Shown here in pieces: positions 34,551 to 44,992 of a stretch of 64,000 nucleotides of DNA. Under the pieces are notes generated by a model. That model had not been told where the DNA came from, made no database searches, and was given only the letters and a program-made list of their open reading frames with translations. Positions within the stretch are counted from its first letter, which is position 1. Each line of letters begins with the position of its first letter. The translations under genes and the position numbers were made by a program. Source of the stretch: Diplonema japonicum (lineage: Eukaryota; Protista; Euglenozoa: Diplonemea); NCBI GenBank assembly GCA_964019335.1, contig OZ025675.1:564177-628176 (forward strand), in the 5' to 3' direction.

Positions 34551-35111
34551 TATAATCAGCATCACTTTCTTATTTTTTTTTTGACGACAAGAGGCGGCTT
34601 CTTCGCCTTCTTTTCTTTTGAAATTATATAAACGCGCTTGGCCCCATCACACCCCTCTTTTTTTTTTTTTTTGTTTTGTTTTGTTTAGACAAATAAAATA
34701 AAATAAAAAGATTGAAAGGTGTATTTTTTTTTTTTTTTTTTTTTTTACCAGGGAGAGGGGGGAAAACTCGCAACAAAGAAAATTGATTGATTACCTAGAA
34801 AAATGCGGGGGGGGGGGGGGGGGGGGGGAGGCGGGGGAAGATTCTGTCTTTCATGGATTATTCTGTCAAAATATAAAAAATAAAAAAAATAAAAATAAAA
34901 AAAATAATAAGAGGAACCTGACCGTTGGTTGTTTGTGCGTGTACCGGGAGAAGAAAACTGGGGGGGGGGGGGGGGGGGGGGGAAGCTTATTATTAACCGC
35001 TAGAACACGTTGCCAACCGTTGGATGGGATCCTTGCTCGCTTCGGGTCCGAAACATGGCGGGGACGGTATTTCTGTTGAAAGGGTAGAGCACAAAAAAAA
35101 AAAAAAAAAAA

Positions 35112-38100
35112 TTATTCCATATGCCGCGGCAGCGGCTTCACAGTAAGCTGCTCCCCAAGCCCTGTCAGTGCACAGGGGGGTGTCAACACAGCAGTCCTCT
35201 CCCTACCACCAGGGCTTTTCCCGTCTATACATGTTGCTGAAGACGGGGTGGCAATCGGACACGGCCTCACATATTCAATAGGGCAGCTCGACAACTTCAC
35301 CCCCGAGGCAGCGAATATTGACCCACACTGTGACGGCTCTATCGGTGGTGGGATATCACCTGGCATTAAGTGTCTGGACAGAGTTCCAATACACCCCTGC
35401 AGCCACAGCTCGAATCTGTCGGGGGTGTCGGCAGTTGTTATGTGTTCATTGATTGTTATCAAAGCTTTTCCGGTATCCCTCAGTTCGAACATCTGAGACA
35501 ATGCCAGCTTCCACCCCGCAAGTTCTTGAGAATCCTGCCTTTCCTGCAGCTCATACATCCACTCTCTGGCGTTGATGGAGTTTTCAATGTCGTTGAAACT
35601 AAGCAGGGCCGTATCTATCCATCGACCGCCGCCTAGTAACGAACTGACTTTGAAGAATTTGGAGAATTCGAAGGCGGAACCCCAATGGTCTTCCAATGAA
35701 TGCGATGTGACACAGCCGGCGCCTGTTAGCTGAGCCAGCCTGCTGAGAACATCGGCTTCTTCAAGCAACCCGCCGAGGATGTGAAAGGTCTTGATGTTCT
35801 CGGACCCCAACGACCCGCACAAAGAAAGCCCGATTTTCACACCGCAATGTGCTTTTTCCGTTAGTTTGCATGATGTCTTTGTGACCCGGTACCTTCCCAT
35901 ATCGCCGCCTAGTGAACCCCATGCTAGGACAACACACTCCTCTTGCACTCTGTGTAGGGTTGCTTTTGTGTCTAATTCGGAGATTGAAATCACCCATTGG
36001 AGGAATTCCCCGTGGACTTCTTCGATGGAACGGTGTTGGTTGGGAGGGGTGATTAGAGGGCGCACGATGCACACCCCGACTACACGAATGGCCTTCCCGG
36101 AGAGTTGTTTGAAAACCTTCCCGTTGGAGGACTTATTGCCGTGTGAGAATGACTTTGAAACAGACGATTCTAAGGTGTCCTCACCCGACTCGTTCGTGCT
36201 CTCTGTGAAGACTGTTGTGTCGCCGTCGTCTGCCACCTCGTACACGTTCTTCCCCGTACCGTACCTTACTGACTTTACAACGTGTTGGGGAATGTACTTC
36301 ACGAACTCCTTCATGATGCTCATGATAGTCAGCATTGCAGCTTGTATCCTGTCGGGGTTTTCAAGAGCGTCGAGCTTTTCCAACACTTCGAAGTCTAAGC
36401 ACGCTACTGCTTCTGCGGTCTCCGTGGCTAGGACATTCGCTCCGTATAGGCTTTTGTACTTTTCCTTCTCGCCTCTCCATTTCCATACCATCGCTGTGAG
36501 GCAGACTCCCACGACCAATCCCAACACCCCGCCTGCTACGGACAGGTATGTGATTAACATGTCCCTGCTGTCTTGGTAGATCACGGTCCCGTTGCAGGTT
36601 ATCGTCTTCATCCTGCTGTGGAGCGGGTCTTGAAGAATTTCCACCAGCGAATAAAGTTGCAGCTCCGCCATTCTGTCGGCGATTACCGACGACGCCGCGT
36701 CGGGAATTGGGTACCTGACCAGCCAGGACATGAACTGAACACTGCCCGGTACCTCTGTGCAGCCGTGTTCCGGTCTGATATCCGTTTGAAGGTCGACATA
36801 GATTACGTAGTAAAACGGGTACGTTTTCTTAAGCTGCGGGGATGTTCGTTGAATGGTGAGGTCGGAGGTGAACGCTGAGAGGTTGATCGCCTTTCCGAGC
36901 TCTTCCAATGATGGCGGTGCAGGAAGGCCTTCCAGAACAGGATGGACCACTGGAAGCTCCCATTGTGTAGCGTACGAATGGGGTAGAACGGAAATGGCAC
37001 CAGGGGTGTTCTTGAGATATGTCGCGAGCGTTGCTTCCGACGAAACAGTTACGTTTGGTGTGAAGCTTGCCGCAGCGGCTGCATCCCATCCGAAGATCTC
37101 GAATATCTTCGCGATCCATGTTCCCTTCTCGTCTGCGACGATAATGATGGGAAGGTCGTGTGAAGGGACGTATCTATTCCTGCTTCGTATCTCCTCGTTG
37201 TTCCAGTTGTCGATCTTCCTCTCGAAGATCTTCATGATGGTTTGCAGTTCCAATTCGATCGATGGGATCGCCAAGCCGAAGTTACACCCCATCGCCAGCA
37301 ACCCAACGGACATGGGCATGGGGGTGAAACCAGAAGAGGACGGTACCTCACTGGAACGAACCTTCACATGTGTCGTTGGCTCCACCTCCTTGACCGTCAC
37401 GTACTGCGACGGCGAGGACTCGTGGTAGGGGTATGCCAGCGTTTTCAGAAATGTTTGCAGATCCTTCGTAGCGGCCGTTGCATGGATTTGGTTGAGCAGC
37501 CGTTTTCCGCATTGTAACCCGGGTTCTGCAAGCCTGGTCAGAACCATGTTATTAGACTCCACTGATATAGGTACCAAACTGTTACTTGAGACTATCGACT
37601 TCGCAACGGACTCCGTCGTCACCCAGTACATGAAATCGATGACAGCGCAGAGGGAGGTCGGGTTGTCCGCCCGGAAGGCGAGGTACGACACCCCGGACAA
37701 GGGGTAGCCGGCGCCGTTGACGAGATTCCCTGTTAAGGTCGTAGCGTTAAGCTGCAGGCCACTCGCAGCGGCAGCACCGTCTGCCCAACCAGGGATCGTT
37801 GCCTTACCAGCTTCATTGATAACCGACGCAAATGAAAGCTGCGTGCTAAGAGCACCAGAAACCCCATTGTACCCAATGGAATAAGGCGTTTCCTCCACAA
37901 ATGCGAGCATCCCCGAAGACTTTGCGACCCTATCAGGGAACGTGTGCGAGTCGGGCCATGTCGATGATGGCGCACCGCCTGTCCACTGTCCAAACGCCGA
38001 CAGCCCGCTTGTCATTATCTCTGTTGTACCAGATGAGTCGTTTCGTACCGCAACGAGGATTTCTTTGTCGGGGAGGTCCAAGAGAGGGTTCGATTTTTGG

Positions 38101-38489
38101 ATTTTCCGATCGTCCCATCTTGTCACGATGCCGGAGAAGATGAGGGACAACGTTGTCCGGTCCAGATTGATGGACACAACGCCTGGGATGTTGAAGACAA
38201 TGGCGATGGGGGCGGCGACCACCGGTATGAGTTGTAGCTGAGGGTGCGCTGTGTAGTCCGCCTCTGTGAAAACTGAGTCTGTCCCAGCGAAGTCTACTTC
38301 CATAGCTTTCAGTGCAGCTTTCCCTGACCCGCTTCCGCTGCATGTGTACTCCAGGTCAATGTCCTGAACCACGGTATACCCCTTCCGCCATCCGTCTAAC
38401 AGCGGGCATAGCAAGCTGCTTCCCTTCCCAACAAGTACCTGTCCCCCCACTGCTACCACCATGAGGAGGAGGACGGGTAGCTGCCGCAT
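35112..38489 (-). CDS. Receptor-like protein: signal peptide, two PstS/PBP2-type domains, single TM, degenerate class III cyclase-like domain
   Basis: Start MRQLPVLLL. PstS-like motifs GKGSS, SGSGSG, DFAGTD, IFSGIVTRWDD..I...NP and RNDSSGTT. Second degenerate copy IFERKIDNWNNEEI. TM LSVAGGVLGLVVGVCLTAMVW. Cytosolic AEAVACLDFE..FVKYIP parallels ANAMVDFDLE..YRPYLP of the cyclase at 54885. The cyclase-like call is weaker than the PstS call. Confidence 0.8.
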   Translation of the reverse strand: MRQLPVLLLMVVAVGGQVLVGKGSSLLCPLLDGWRKGYTVVQDIDLEYTCSGSGSGKAALKAMEVDFAGTDSVFTEADYTAHPQLQLIPVVAAPIAIVFNIPGVVSINLDRTTLSLIFSGIVTRWDDRKIQKSNPLLDLPDKEILVAVRNDSSGTTEIMTSGLSAFGQWTGGAPSSTWPDSHTFPDRVAKSSGMLAFVEETPYSIGYNGVSGALSTQLSFASVINEAGKATIPGWADGAAAASGLQLNATTLTGNLVNGAGYPLSGVSYLAFRADNPTSLCAVIDFMYWVTTESVAKSIVSSNSLVPISVESNNMVLTRLAEPGLQCGKRLLNQIHATAATKDLQTFLKTLAYPYHESSPSQYVTVKEVEPTTHVKVRSSEVPSSSGFTPMPMSVGLLAMGCNFGLAIPSIELELQTIMKIFERKIDNWNNEEIRSRNRYVPSHDLPIIIVADEKGTWIAKIFEIFGWDAAAAASFTPNVTVSSEATLATYLKNTPGAISVLPHSYATQWELPVVHPVLEGLPAPPSLEELGKAINLSAFTSDLTIQRTSPQLKKTYPFYYVIYVDLQTDIRPEHGCTEVPGSVQFMSWLVRYPIPDAASSVIADRMAELQLYSLVEILQDPLHSRMKTITCNGTVIYQDSRDMLITYLSVAGGVLGLVVGVCLTAMVWKWRGEKEKYKSLYGANVLATETAEAVACLDFEVLEKLDALENPDRIQAAMLTIMSIMKEFVKYIPQHVVKSVRYGTGKNVYEVADDGDTTVFTESTNESGEDTLESSVSKSFSHGNKSSNGKVFKQLSGKAIRVVGVCIVRPLITPPNQHRSIEEVHGEFLQWVISISELDTKATLHRVQEECVVLAWGSLGGDMGRYRVTKTSCKLTEKAHCGVKIGLSLCGSLGSENIKTFHILGGLLEEADVLSRLAQLTGAGCVTSHSLEDHWGSAFEFSKFFKVSSLLGGGRWIDTALLSFNDIENSINAREWMYELQERQDSQELAGWKLALSQMFELRDTGKALITINEHITTADTPDRFELWLQGCIGTLSRHLMPGDIPPPIEPSQCGSIFAASGVKLSSCPIEYVRPCPIATPSSATCIDGKSPGGRERTAVLTPPCALTGLGEQLTVKPLPRHME

Positions 38490-39045
38490 TTTTTTTTTTT
38501 TCTTTCCGGTTTGCATTTTTATTTTTAAAAGAAGGGCAGGGAAACAAAAAAAAAAAATGTGGTCAGGAAGGACTTGATGCTTCAAAAAAAAAAAAAAAAA
38601 AGGAGGGGAAGAGGGAAAGAAACAAGGACGCGGCCAAAAAAAAGGGGGTGGCTTTAAAAGCTACCCCAACCACAACACAGGGCCGGTTCCGCTTCTTTGA
38701 AAGAAAGAAGGCGGCACCAAAAAGTAAAAAACGGGCAAAAGCAACAAAAGGGAAAAAAGGGATGGAGTGGGGGAGTTAGACGTTTGCCGTTCCGCCGTCG
38801 TGGTTTTCTTTTTTTATCCCTCTCTTTTTATTTTCTCTTAAAAAAAACTCATTGAGCATGCCAACTTATGATTAAATAGAGCAACCGGAGGAAAGAAATG
38901 AAGAATCACACTGAAAGGAAAAAGAGATAACAAAAAAACTGGAATTGAATTTTTTTCGTGTTTCTAAATTTAAAAAGAGGGAAGACGACGGAGGTGGACG
39001 CCCTGAGATTTTCTTTTTTTTTTTTTTTCCTTTTTCTCTCATCCT

Positions 39046-41332
39046 TCACCACGCGTCATCATCTTTTGATTTGCCTGCCGCGTCACTACCCCAGCTGTCC
39101 TTCTTGGTGTTGTCCCGCTCGTTCTTTCCACTCCAGTCTTCTCTTTTCTTGTTGCCCCATTCATCCTCCTCGACCCATCCATCATCCTCCTTCTTCTCAC
39201 CCCAGCCAGCATCCTTTTTCTTGTCCCATTCATCCTTCTTGCTTCCCCATTCATCCTTCTTGCTTCCCCATTCATCCTTCTTGCTTCCCCATTCATCCTT
39301 CTTGCCTCCCCATTCATCCTTCTTGCTTCCCCATTCATCCTTCTTGTCTCCCCATTCATCCTTCTTGCCTCCCCATTCGTCCTTCTTGCTTCCCCATTCA
39401 TCCTTCTTGTCTCCCCATTCATCCTTCTTGCTTCCCCATTCATTATCTTTCTTGTCCCAGTCACTTTTTTTGTAATCCCATTCGTTCTTTCCCCAGTCGT
39501 TCTTCTTGCTGCCCCATTCATCAGAGCCCTTGCTAGCTTCCCAGCTGTTGTCCCACTCGTTGTACCCCTTGCGTCCTTTGTCCCCTCCCTTGCTACCTTT
39601 TCCACCCCAAGACTTGCCGCCCTTCTGATCGTAAGAGCCCTTCCCGCCCTTCCCTCCGTTCCAGCTGCCGCCCCAGCCACCTTGGTCCCAGGAGTTGTTG
39701 CCACCCCAGCTGTCCCGTTCGCCTTTTCCTCCTTTGCCACCGCCCCAGGAGTTGTTGCCACCCCAGCTGCTGCCACCCCAGGAGTCGTTGCCGCCACCCC
39801 AGGAGTCGTTGCCACCACCCCAGTTGCCGCCGCCACCACCATTGCCCCTCTGAGCGAACTCCTCTTCGCCCCCCCACGAGCGGGAGGGCGTGATGCCTCT
39901 GGCGAGTTGCTGTTTGTTGATATTATTTATCGTTACGGTTGGCAGACACACCTCGAGGTCCTCATCGATCTCCATGTTCGCCTCGTTCATGACCTTCACG
40001 AGGTGCGGCGCGAGGTTGGCGTCTGCAGGCGTCAGGAACGAGTAGGCATCGCCTATCTGGCCCATGCGCCCCGTCCTACCGATCCTGTGCGTGTACGACT
40101 CGATCTCTTTGGGGAAGTCATAGTTGCACACAAGCGTCAGGTCTGGGATGTGAAGGCCCCTCTGCGCCACGTCGGTGGCGAGCAGGATGGCGGGTGCCGA
40201 CATCTGGTGGAACTTACTAAGGGACATCTCCCTATCCCGCTGCTCCATGCTGCCGCTGATAACGAAGGCAGGGAGTTCTGTGTGTTGTTGTTCTTTCTTT
40301 TCCCCAGTTCCCGCCACACACACCTTCGTTGTCCAGCAAACATTTCGCCCTCTCGCACCCTGTCCTTGAGTTGAAAAAAACGAGGCACTTCTTCTCCTCC
40401 CCTCTCTTCCCGACTGTCTGGCGGAGCAGCTTTATGAACTTCTCGTTTTTCTCATGCTGTTGCATAACCCACACAAACTGACGAATGTTGACGTTGGCCT
40501 TCATATAATTATACCCGGTGTAGACCGCAAGCCAGCCGTTGGGCATGTAGGTCTTTGCTACCTTCTCAACCTCACGAGGCCAAGTGGCTGTCCACATGAG
40601 CGTCTGGCGTTGCTTTGGAAGGAAGGCACATATATCGTAAAGGGGCTTTTGGAACCCTTGGTCGAGGAGACGGTCGGCCTCGTCTAGAACGAGGTAGGTG
40701 ATGCTGTCAGCAAGCAGCCACCTTCTGGTGAAGAGATCTAAAATACGCCCCGGGGTCCCGACGAGGATCTGCGAGTCAGCAGACCTGCTGACCCGTGTAC
40801 CTCCGTACATGCAGTTGACAGTCAGGTCAGAATAGCTCGTCATTTCTTCCTTTATTTGAATAACGAGCTCTCTAGTTGGTGCGAGTACTAGCGCGTAAGG
40901 CGCGTCGCTCTTCTTGACAGCCTTGTTGCAGTGGAAGAAAGCGGGAAGCCCGAAGGCCAATGTTTTCCCGGACCCGGTCTCTGCGATCCCTACCACGTCT
41001 AGCCCTGACATGGCGATAGGCCAGGTCTGGGCTTGCACGGGAGTAGGGTTCTTAAAATCCTTGGCCTTCAGCTTTTCCGCGCATCGGGGTAGTGTGACCT
41101 CTTCGAAAGAAAGCAGCGGCATAGTGGCGTTGTGGTACTCATCACTATCGACCAGAATGTCATCCAACCCGTGCTTCCTTACCTGGACTGAGTATGCTTT
41201 TCGCCATGTGTCGATATCTTCAAAGCTGCGGTCTTGCGTCTGTTTGTGTGTTGTAAAAGGAAAAAAGAAAAGAAGGAAGGAAAAAAAAAGAAATACCACT
41301 TCTGATGGGGTGTACTTGTATGGGTCTCCCAT
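39046..41332 (-). CDS. DEAD-box RNA helicase (Dbp2/DDX5-like core) with a WG-repeat C-terminal tail; 4 exons
   Basis: Q motif FKNPTPVQ, AETGSGKT, PTREL, TPGR, DEAD, MWTATWP and HRIGRTGR. Introns at 41240-41296, 40278-40323 (fixes the frame between the two ORFs) and 39910-39951. Confidence 0.92.
39226..39444 (-). repeat. 21-bp coding tandem repeat (KKDEWG[S/G/D]), ~10 copies
   Basis: Eleven Trp codons at exact 21-bp spacing from 39226 to 39436. Confidence 0.95.
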
Positions 41333-41889
41333 TTTGTTTCCTTTTCCTTATTTTTTGCCTTTTGGTATGATCTGATCTATTTTCTTTTTAAAAAAAAAAA
41401 GAATATAAAAACGAGGGGAATGAGACAGCTTTTCGGAAAAGAGAGAGGAGGACAAGAATTATTATTGATACGGGGCCTGTCAGGGGAAACAAAAGATGAC
41501 CACACATTTGGTGAAGTTTGTCAACCCGAAACACGTTGTCAACGTTCTCCTTTTGTTTAGACAAGTCAAAGACTCGTTCTTGCAAGAAAGAAATAGAAAA
41601 CATCATTCTGAAGACAAGTTTGTTGTGAAGAGACTAAACCTCGGTCTGCTTCGAATGCTAGCCTGCGCACTAACCACAGCTAAGTCGGTTCTTGATCTTT
41701 TTTTTTCTCCCCCCCCCCGTACAAGCTTCTTCCTTTTTTTTTCCTTTTTTTTTCCTTCATTTTCCGATCGCAATGCAAACCTTCAAGGGAGAGGAAGGGC
41801 AGGGCAGGGAGGGGGGTGCTTTCTTCATAAGCAGCTGGTATCCGATCAGTATATCATTTTCAAAACAAAAAAAAAACTCAAAGTACAGG

Positions 41890-42160
41890 ACAAGCCCCCC
41901 GCTAGAGGGCTGCCCTATAGGAGGGGGTCTATCTATTAATACTCCCCTTCTGCGAGGCCGTGAGCGCCTTGCGAAGTAGAGTGATGCGGTCGCGCTTGTA
42001 GGCGGCCTTAAAATCCATCAGCTTGTCGTAGCCTATAGTGCCTTGATGAGGGACTTCACCCTTTTCTGCTCGTCCGCTGGGAAGGGGCGTCGCTTCTTCC
42101 GTGCCCTGCATTTTGCGTTTATCTTTACGATGAGGGCCTTGATTGCGTGCCCTATCTTCC
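41890..42160 (-). mobile_element. Short 3' remnant of the LINE subfamily at 25440-27198
   Basis: KINAKCRARKKRRPFPA..RVKSL and DRITLLRKAL..QKGSINR match the 25470 ORF end. Both copies have AGATAGACCCCC at the stop. Confidence 0.8.
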
Positions 42161-42207
42161 AGCAAAGAAAAAAAAAGAAAACAAAAACAAAAAGAAATTT
42201 AGCGATA

Positions 42208-42320
42208 GGTTGTTTGTGCAAAGCCGGCGATATCCTGTAGAAGGTTAAAGCCGAACGAAGCTTGCCTCGACTCTTTTTTAGCAAATAACAAATTCATTTT
42301 ACAATTATTGTTTCTCTTGT
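42208..42320 (-). repeat. Diverged copy of the 124-bp dispersed repeat
   Basis: Shares ggttgtttgtgca.agccgg, cctgtagaagg, actctttttt.agcaa and aattcatt. Confidence 0.7.
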
Positions 42321-42325
42321 GGTAC

Positions 42326-42374
<49 letters not shown>

Positions 42375-42538
42375 AAAAAAGAAACTCGATAAGATTTCAG
42401 TGTGCTGGCTCTATCCACAACTGTTGGAAGGGAAGAACAGAACAAAGCAAAAGAAAAAAAGAAAAAAAAAAGAACGTTTGCAAAAAAGAAAAGGGGGGTT
42501 GTGAAGAGAGCAAAAGGAGAGAGCCGCATTCGTTTCTT

Positions 42539-44137
42539 CTAAAAACAAGTAGGAACGGAGCATATAGGACCGGGGTTACCAGATGGCCCATTGGGGTAGT
42601 GGGTGTTATAGTATTCAGCAGCGCAGGTGGCGTTGCATGGCCCGACTAACGCCGGTGGCGAACAGTGCCCGCCAGGGCCAGGAATGGGCCCCGTCCACCC
42701 CGAGCAATCCCGCACAGTTAACACGGACGCATTCAGAAAACTCCACAATTCCTGCACTATTGCAGGGTTCTGCGCCGCAATGTTCTGGTGCTCCCCCATG
42801 TCAGCACGCAAATCGAACAAACACGGGGCATGCCCTGAACCGGGAAAAAACCCCTCTGAAGGAGGAAGATCCTGGTAGTTACAAGGCCAATCAGCATCGT
42901 CACTCTCCACCCACGTCCCGTTCGCCTGTTTCCAACCGTTATTCTGCGTTTTAAAATACGGCTGAGAAACAACAAGTTTATAAACCCCGGCAACCACAAC
43001 CTCCTTGCTCAGAACAAGCTTGTCATGCGCTGCATCAATGGGGTAGGTGCTGCGGTTCATCAGCATGTCCCATATATCAACCCCGTCAATACCGGGAAAA
43101 CTGTCATTTCCGTAAATGTTTTTAAACGGTTTTGAAGGGTCCGTCGGAAGCGGTTCGACAGGCGGGCTGTCTGATCCATCGATTCCAGCTAGACTGCAAA
43201 ATGTAGGGTACCAATCGACAATGTGGAAATTAATATCATTCCTAGTGCCGTGGAGGGACGTAGGAACGATCCCGCCTGATATGAAAGTTGCTGTTCGAAG
43301 GCCGCCCTCCCAGTTGGAATGTTTCTCGCCTCTCAAAGGGTAGTTGTTCCCACTGACGACGCCACCATTGTCAGATGTGTAGACTATTAAGGTGTTGTCC
43401 CACATGTTTTTGTCTTTCAGGGTTTGAACGATGCGGCCTACATATACATCGGCATCCCATAGCATTCCTTCGTAAGTGCTGTTTAAAGGATTTCCCGGGA
43501 CGGGGTTGTAAGGTTCGTGGACAGCTTGAAACGGAAGGTACAGAAACATTGGTGTTGAAACATTGTGGTTAGAGATGTATTGAAGCGAGAGTTCTCCGTA
43601 CAAATTGCTGCTGTACTCTGTGGCGTGGCACGTGTTTGGTTTATCGATGAACTGGTTATCATCGTGGACAGGGTGGAGGTCCTGCCAGCGATCGTTGCTG
43701 GTGTATTGTTGTGATCCGGTTAGGTAACCAAAGAATTCATCGAAACCTTTATTAACTGCTAGGTGTTTTGTGCTTTTGTACCCTGTGTGGCCTTTGCCGT
43801 ACCATGCTGTTGTGTACCCCGCGGATTTTAGTTTTTCGGAGATTAGCGTCATTCTGAGATCGATGTCGTCGGTGGCGACACCCGACAGCTGTTCCCCGTG
43901 GTGGAGCGGGAGCCGTCCAGAGAGAAAACTTCGCCTTGTTGGGGAGCAGTGCCAGTGGGTGTAGTGGTTCGTCAGCTCTATCCCCTCGGTCGCTAGTTTT
44001 GTAAGGTTCTGCGTCCATGAAGCCGCTGCTTTATTGTGGAAGCCGATGTCGTACCAACCCATGTCATCCTGCAGGATCATCACAATGTGCGGCTTTGTGG
44101 AAAGCACCAGACTTGCTATGATGGGTAATAGGTTCAT
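42539..44137 (-). CDS. Secreted type I sulfatase, arylsulfatase B-like
   Basis: Start MNLLPII. Motifs KPHIVMILQDDMGW, CSPTRRSFLSGR, SDNGG, NYPLRGEKHSNWEGG and HIVDWYPT. Confidence 0.93.
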   Translation of the reverse strand: MNLLPIIASLVLSTKPHIVMILQDDMGWYDIGFHNKAAASWTQNLTKLATEGIELTNHYTHWHCSPTRRSFLSGRLPLHHGEQLSGVATDDIDLRMTLISEKLKSAGYTTAWYGKGHTGYKSTKHLAVNKGFDEFFGYLTGSQQYTSNDRWQDLHPVHDDNQFIDKPNTCHATEYSSNLYGELSLQYISNHNVSTPMFLYLPFQAVHEPYNPVPGNPLNSTYEGMLWDADVYVGRIVQTLKDKNMWDNTLIVYTSDNGGVVSGNNYPLRGEKHSNWEGGLRTATFISGGIVPTSLHGTRNDINFHIVDWYPTFCSLAGIDGSDSPPVEPLPTDPSKPFKNIYGNDSFPGIDGVDIWDMLMNRSTYPIDAAHDKLVLSKEVVVAGVYKLVVSQPYFKTQNNGWKQANGTWVESDDADWPCNYQDLPPSEGFFPGSGHAPCLFDLRADMGEHQNIAAQNPAIVQELWSFLNASVLTVRDCSGWTGPIPGPGGHCSPPALVGPCNATCAAEYYNTHYPNGPSGNPGPICSVPTCF

Positions 44138-44356
44138 TTTTTTTTTTTTTTTTTTTTTTCCTTTTAGATTTTTTTTTTGTTGTTGTTTTACGATTTCAAA
44201 AAAAAAATCTTTTGATAGGGTGGGGGAGAGTACCACGTTCATACATTGGTTTTTTTTTTTTTTTTTTCCCCCTTTTTTTTTTTTTTTTTTTGTCTTGCTA
44301 GCTGTAGAAATAAGGGAAGGGGAAGAGGGCATTCCGGGTTTCAAGTTTTTCTTTTC

Positions 44357-44382
<26 letters not shown>

Positions 44383-44387
<5 letters not shown>

Positions 44388-44992
44388 CACTCTTCAGAAA
44401 TTACTTCACGCACTAGGGGGCCTATTACTTCACGCTAAATCTCATTACTTCACGGTGAAATAATGGCCTGTTTTCCGTGAAGTAACAGGGGTTTCCGGTA
44501 AATAATATACCTCGGTGGGCCAATTTCTGCCTCGGTTCGGTTCCCAGTGGGGCTACTTTTTCCTCTCAGTTTGCTACTTTCCCCCCAGGTTCAGCTCAAT
44601 TGGCCAACTTTTGCCTCGGCTCAGTTCCAAGTTGGACTACTTTTTCCTCCCAATTTGCCCACTTTTGGCTAGGCCTTGTTCCCAGTTTCTGGGGGTAACT
44701 CTTCTGCGGGTAAGGGTAACTTAGTCAGCTTACCCAAGCTCCCCAAAAGACTTCAAAATATCGAAGCAGCAGAAAGTGAGGAGCGAGTGGCGCGCCAGGT
44801 ATGAGAAGGCCTGATTAGAGATGGTGACAGTGGCAATGCTATTAGCGACAGCGGCAGCTCTTAGTCAACAAAAGGAGGAACTTGTATTGTAAACTTTGTA
44901 ACCCCTCTCTTGTTGTGCCCCTCGTGGTGAAGTAATTTCAGAGTGTCGTGAAATAAAACCACTTACCTACCGCCAAGTAATGGTAAATAGCT
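44383..44992 (-). mobile_element. Diverged relative of the asymmetric-IR element family
   Basis: Ends atttcactcttc...cactagggg and gtgaaataaaac.acttac.t.ccgccaa...aaatagct parallel 57685-58152. The interior is different. Confidence 0.55.

Noticed and set aside
27240-35100. Short ORFs in the gene-poor interval
   Set aside because: Low-complexity translations or piggyBac fragments, with no supportable host gene.
38945-39842. Repeat ORFs (LLPHSSF, PIHPSC, RRMNGEA)
   Set aside because: Alternative frames of the helicase 21-bp repeat.
23401-44344. Poly-Lys/Phe N-terminal extensions in the ORF track (23508, 24659, 38585, 44344)
   Set aside because: Homopolymer read-through. Downstream ATGs give clean signal peptides.
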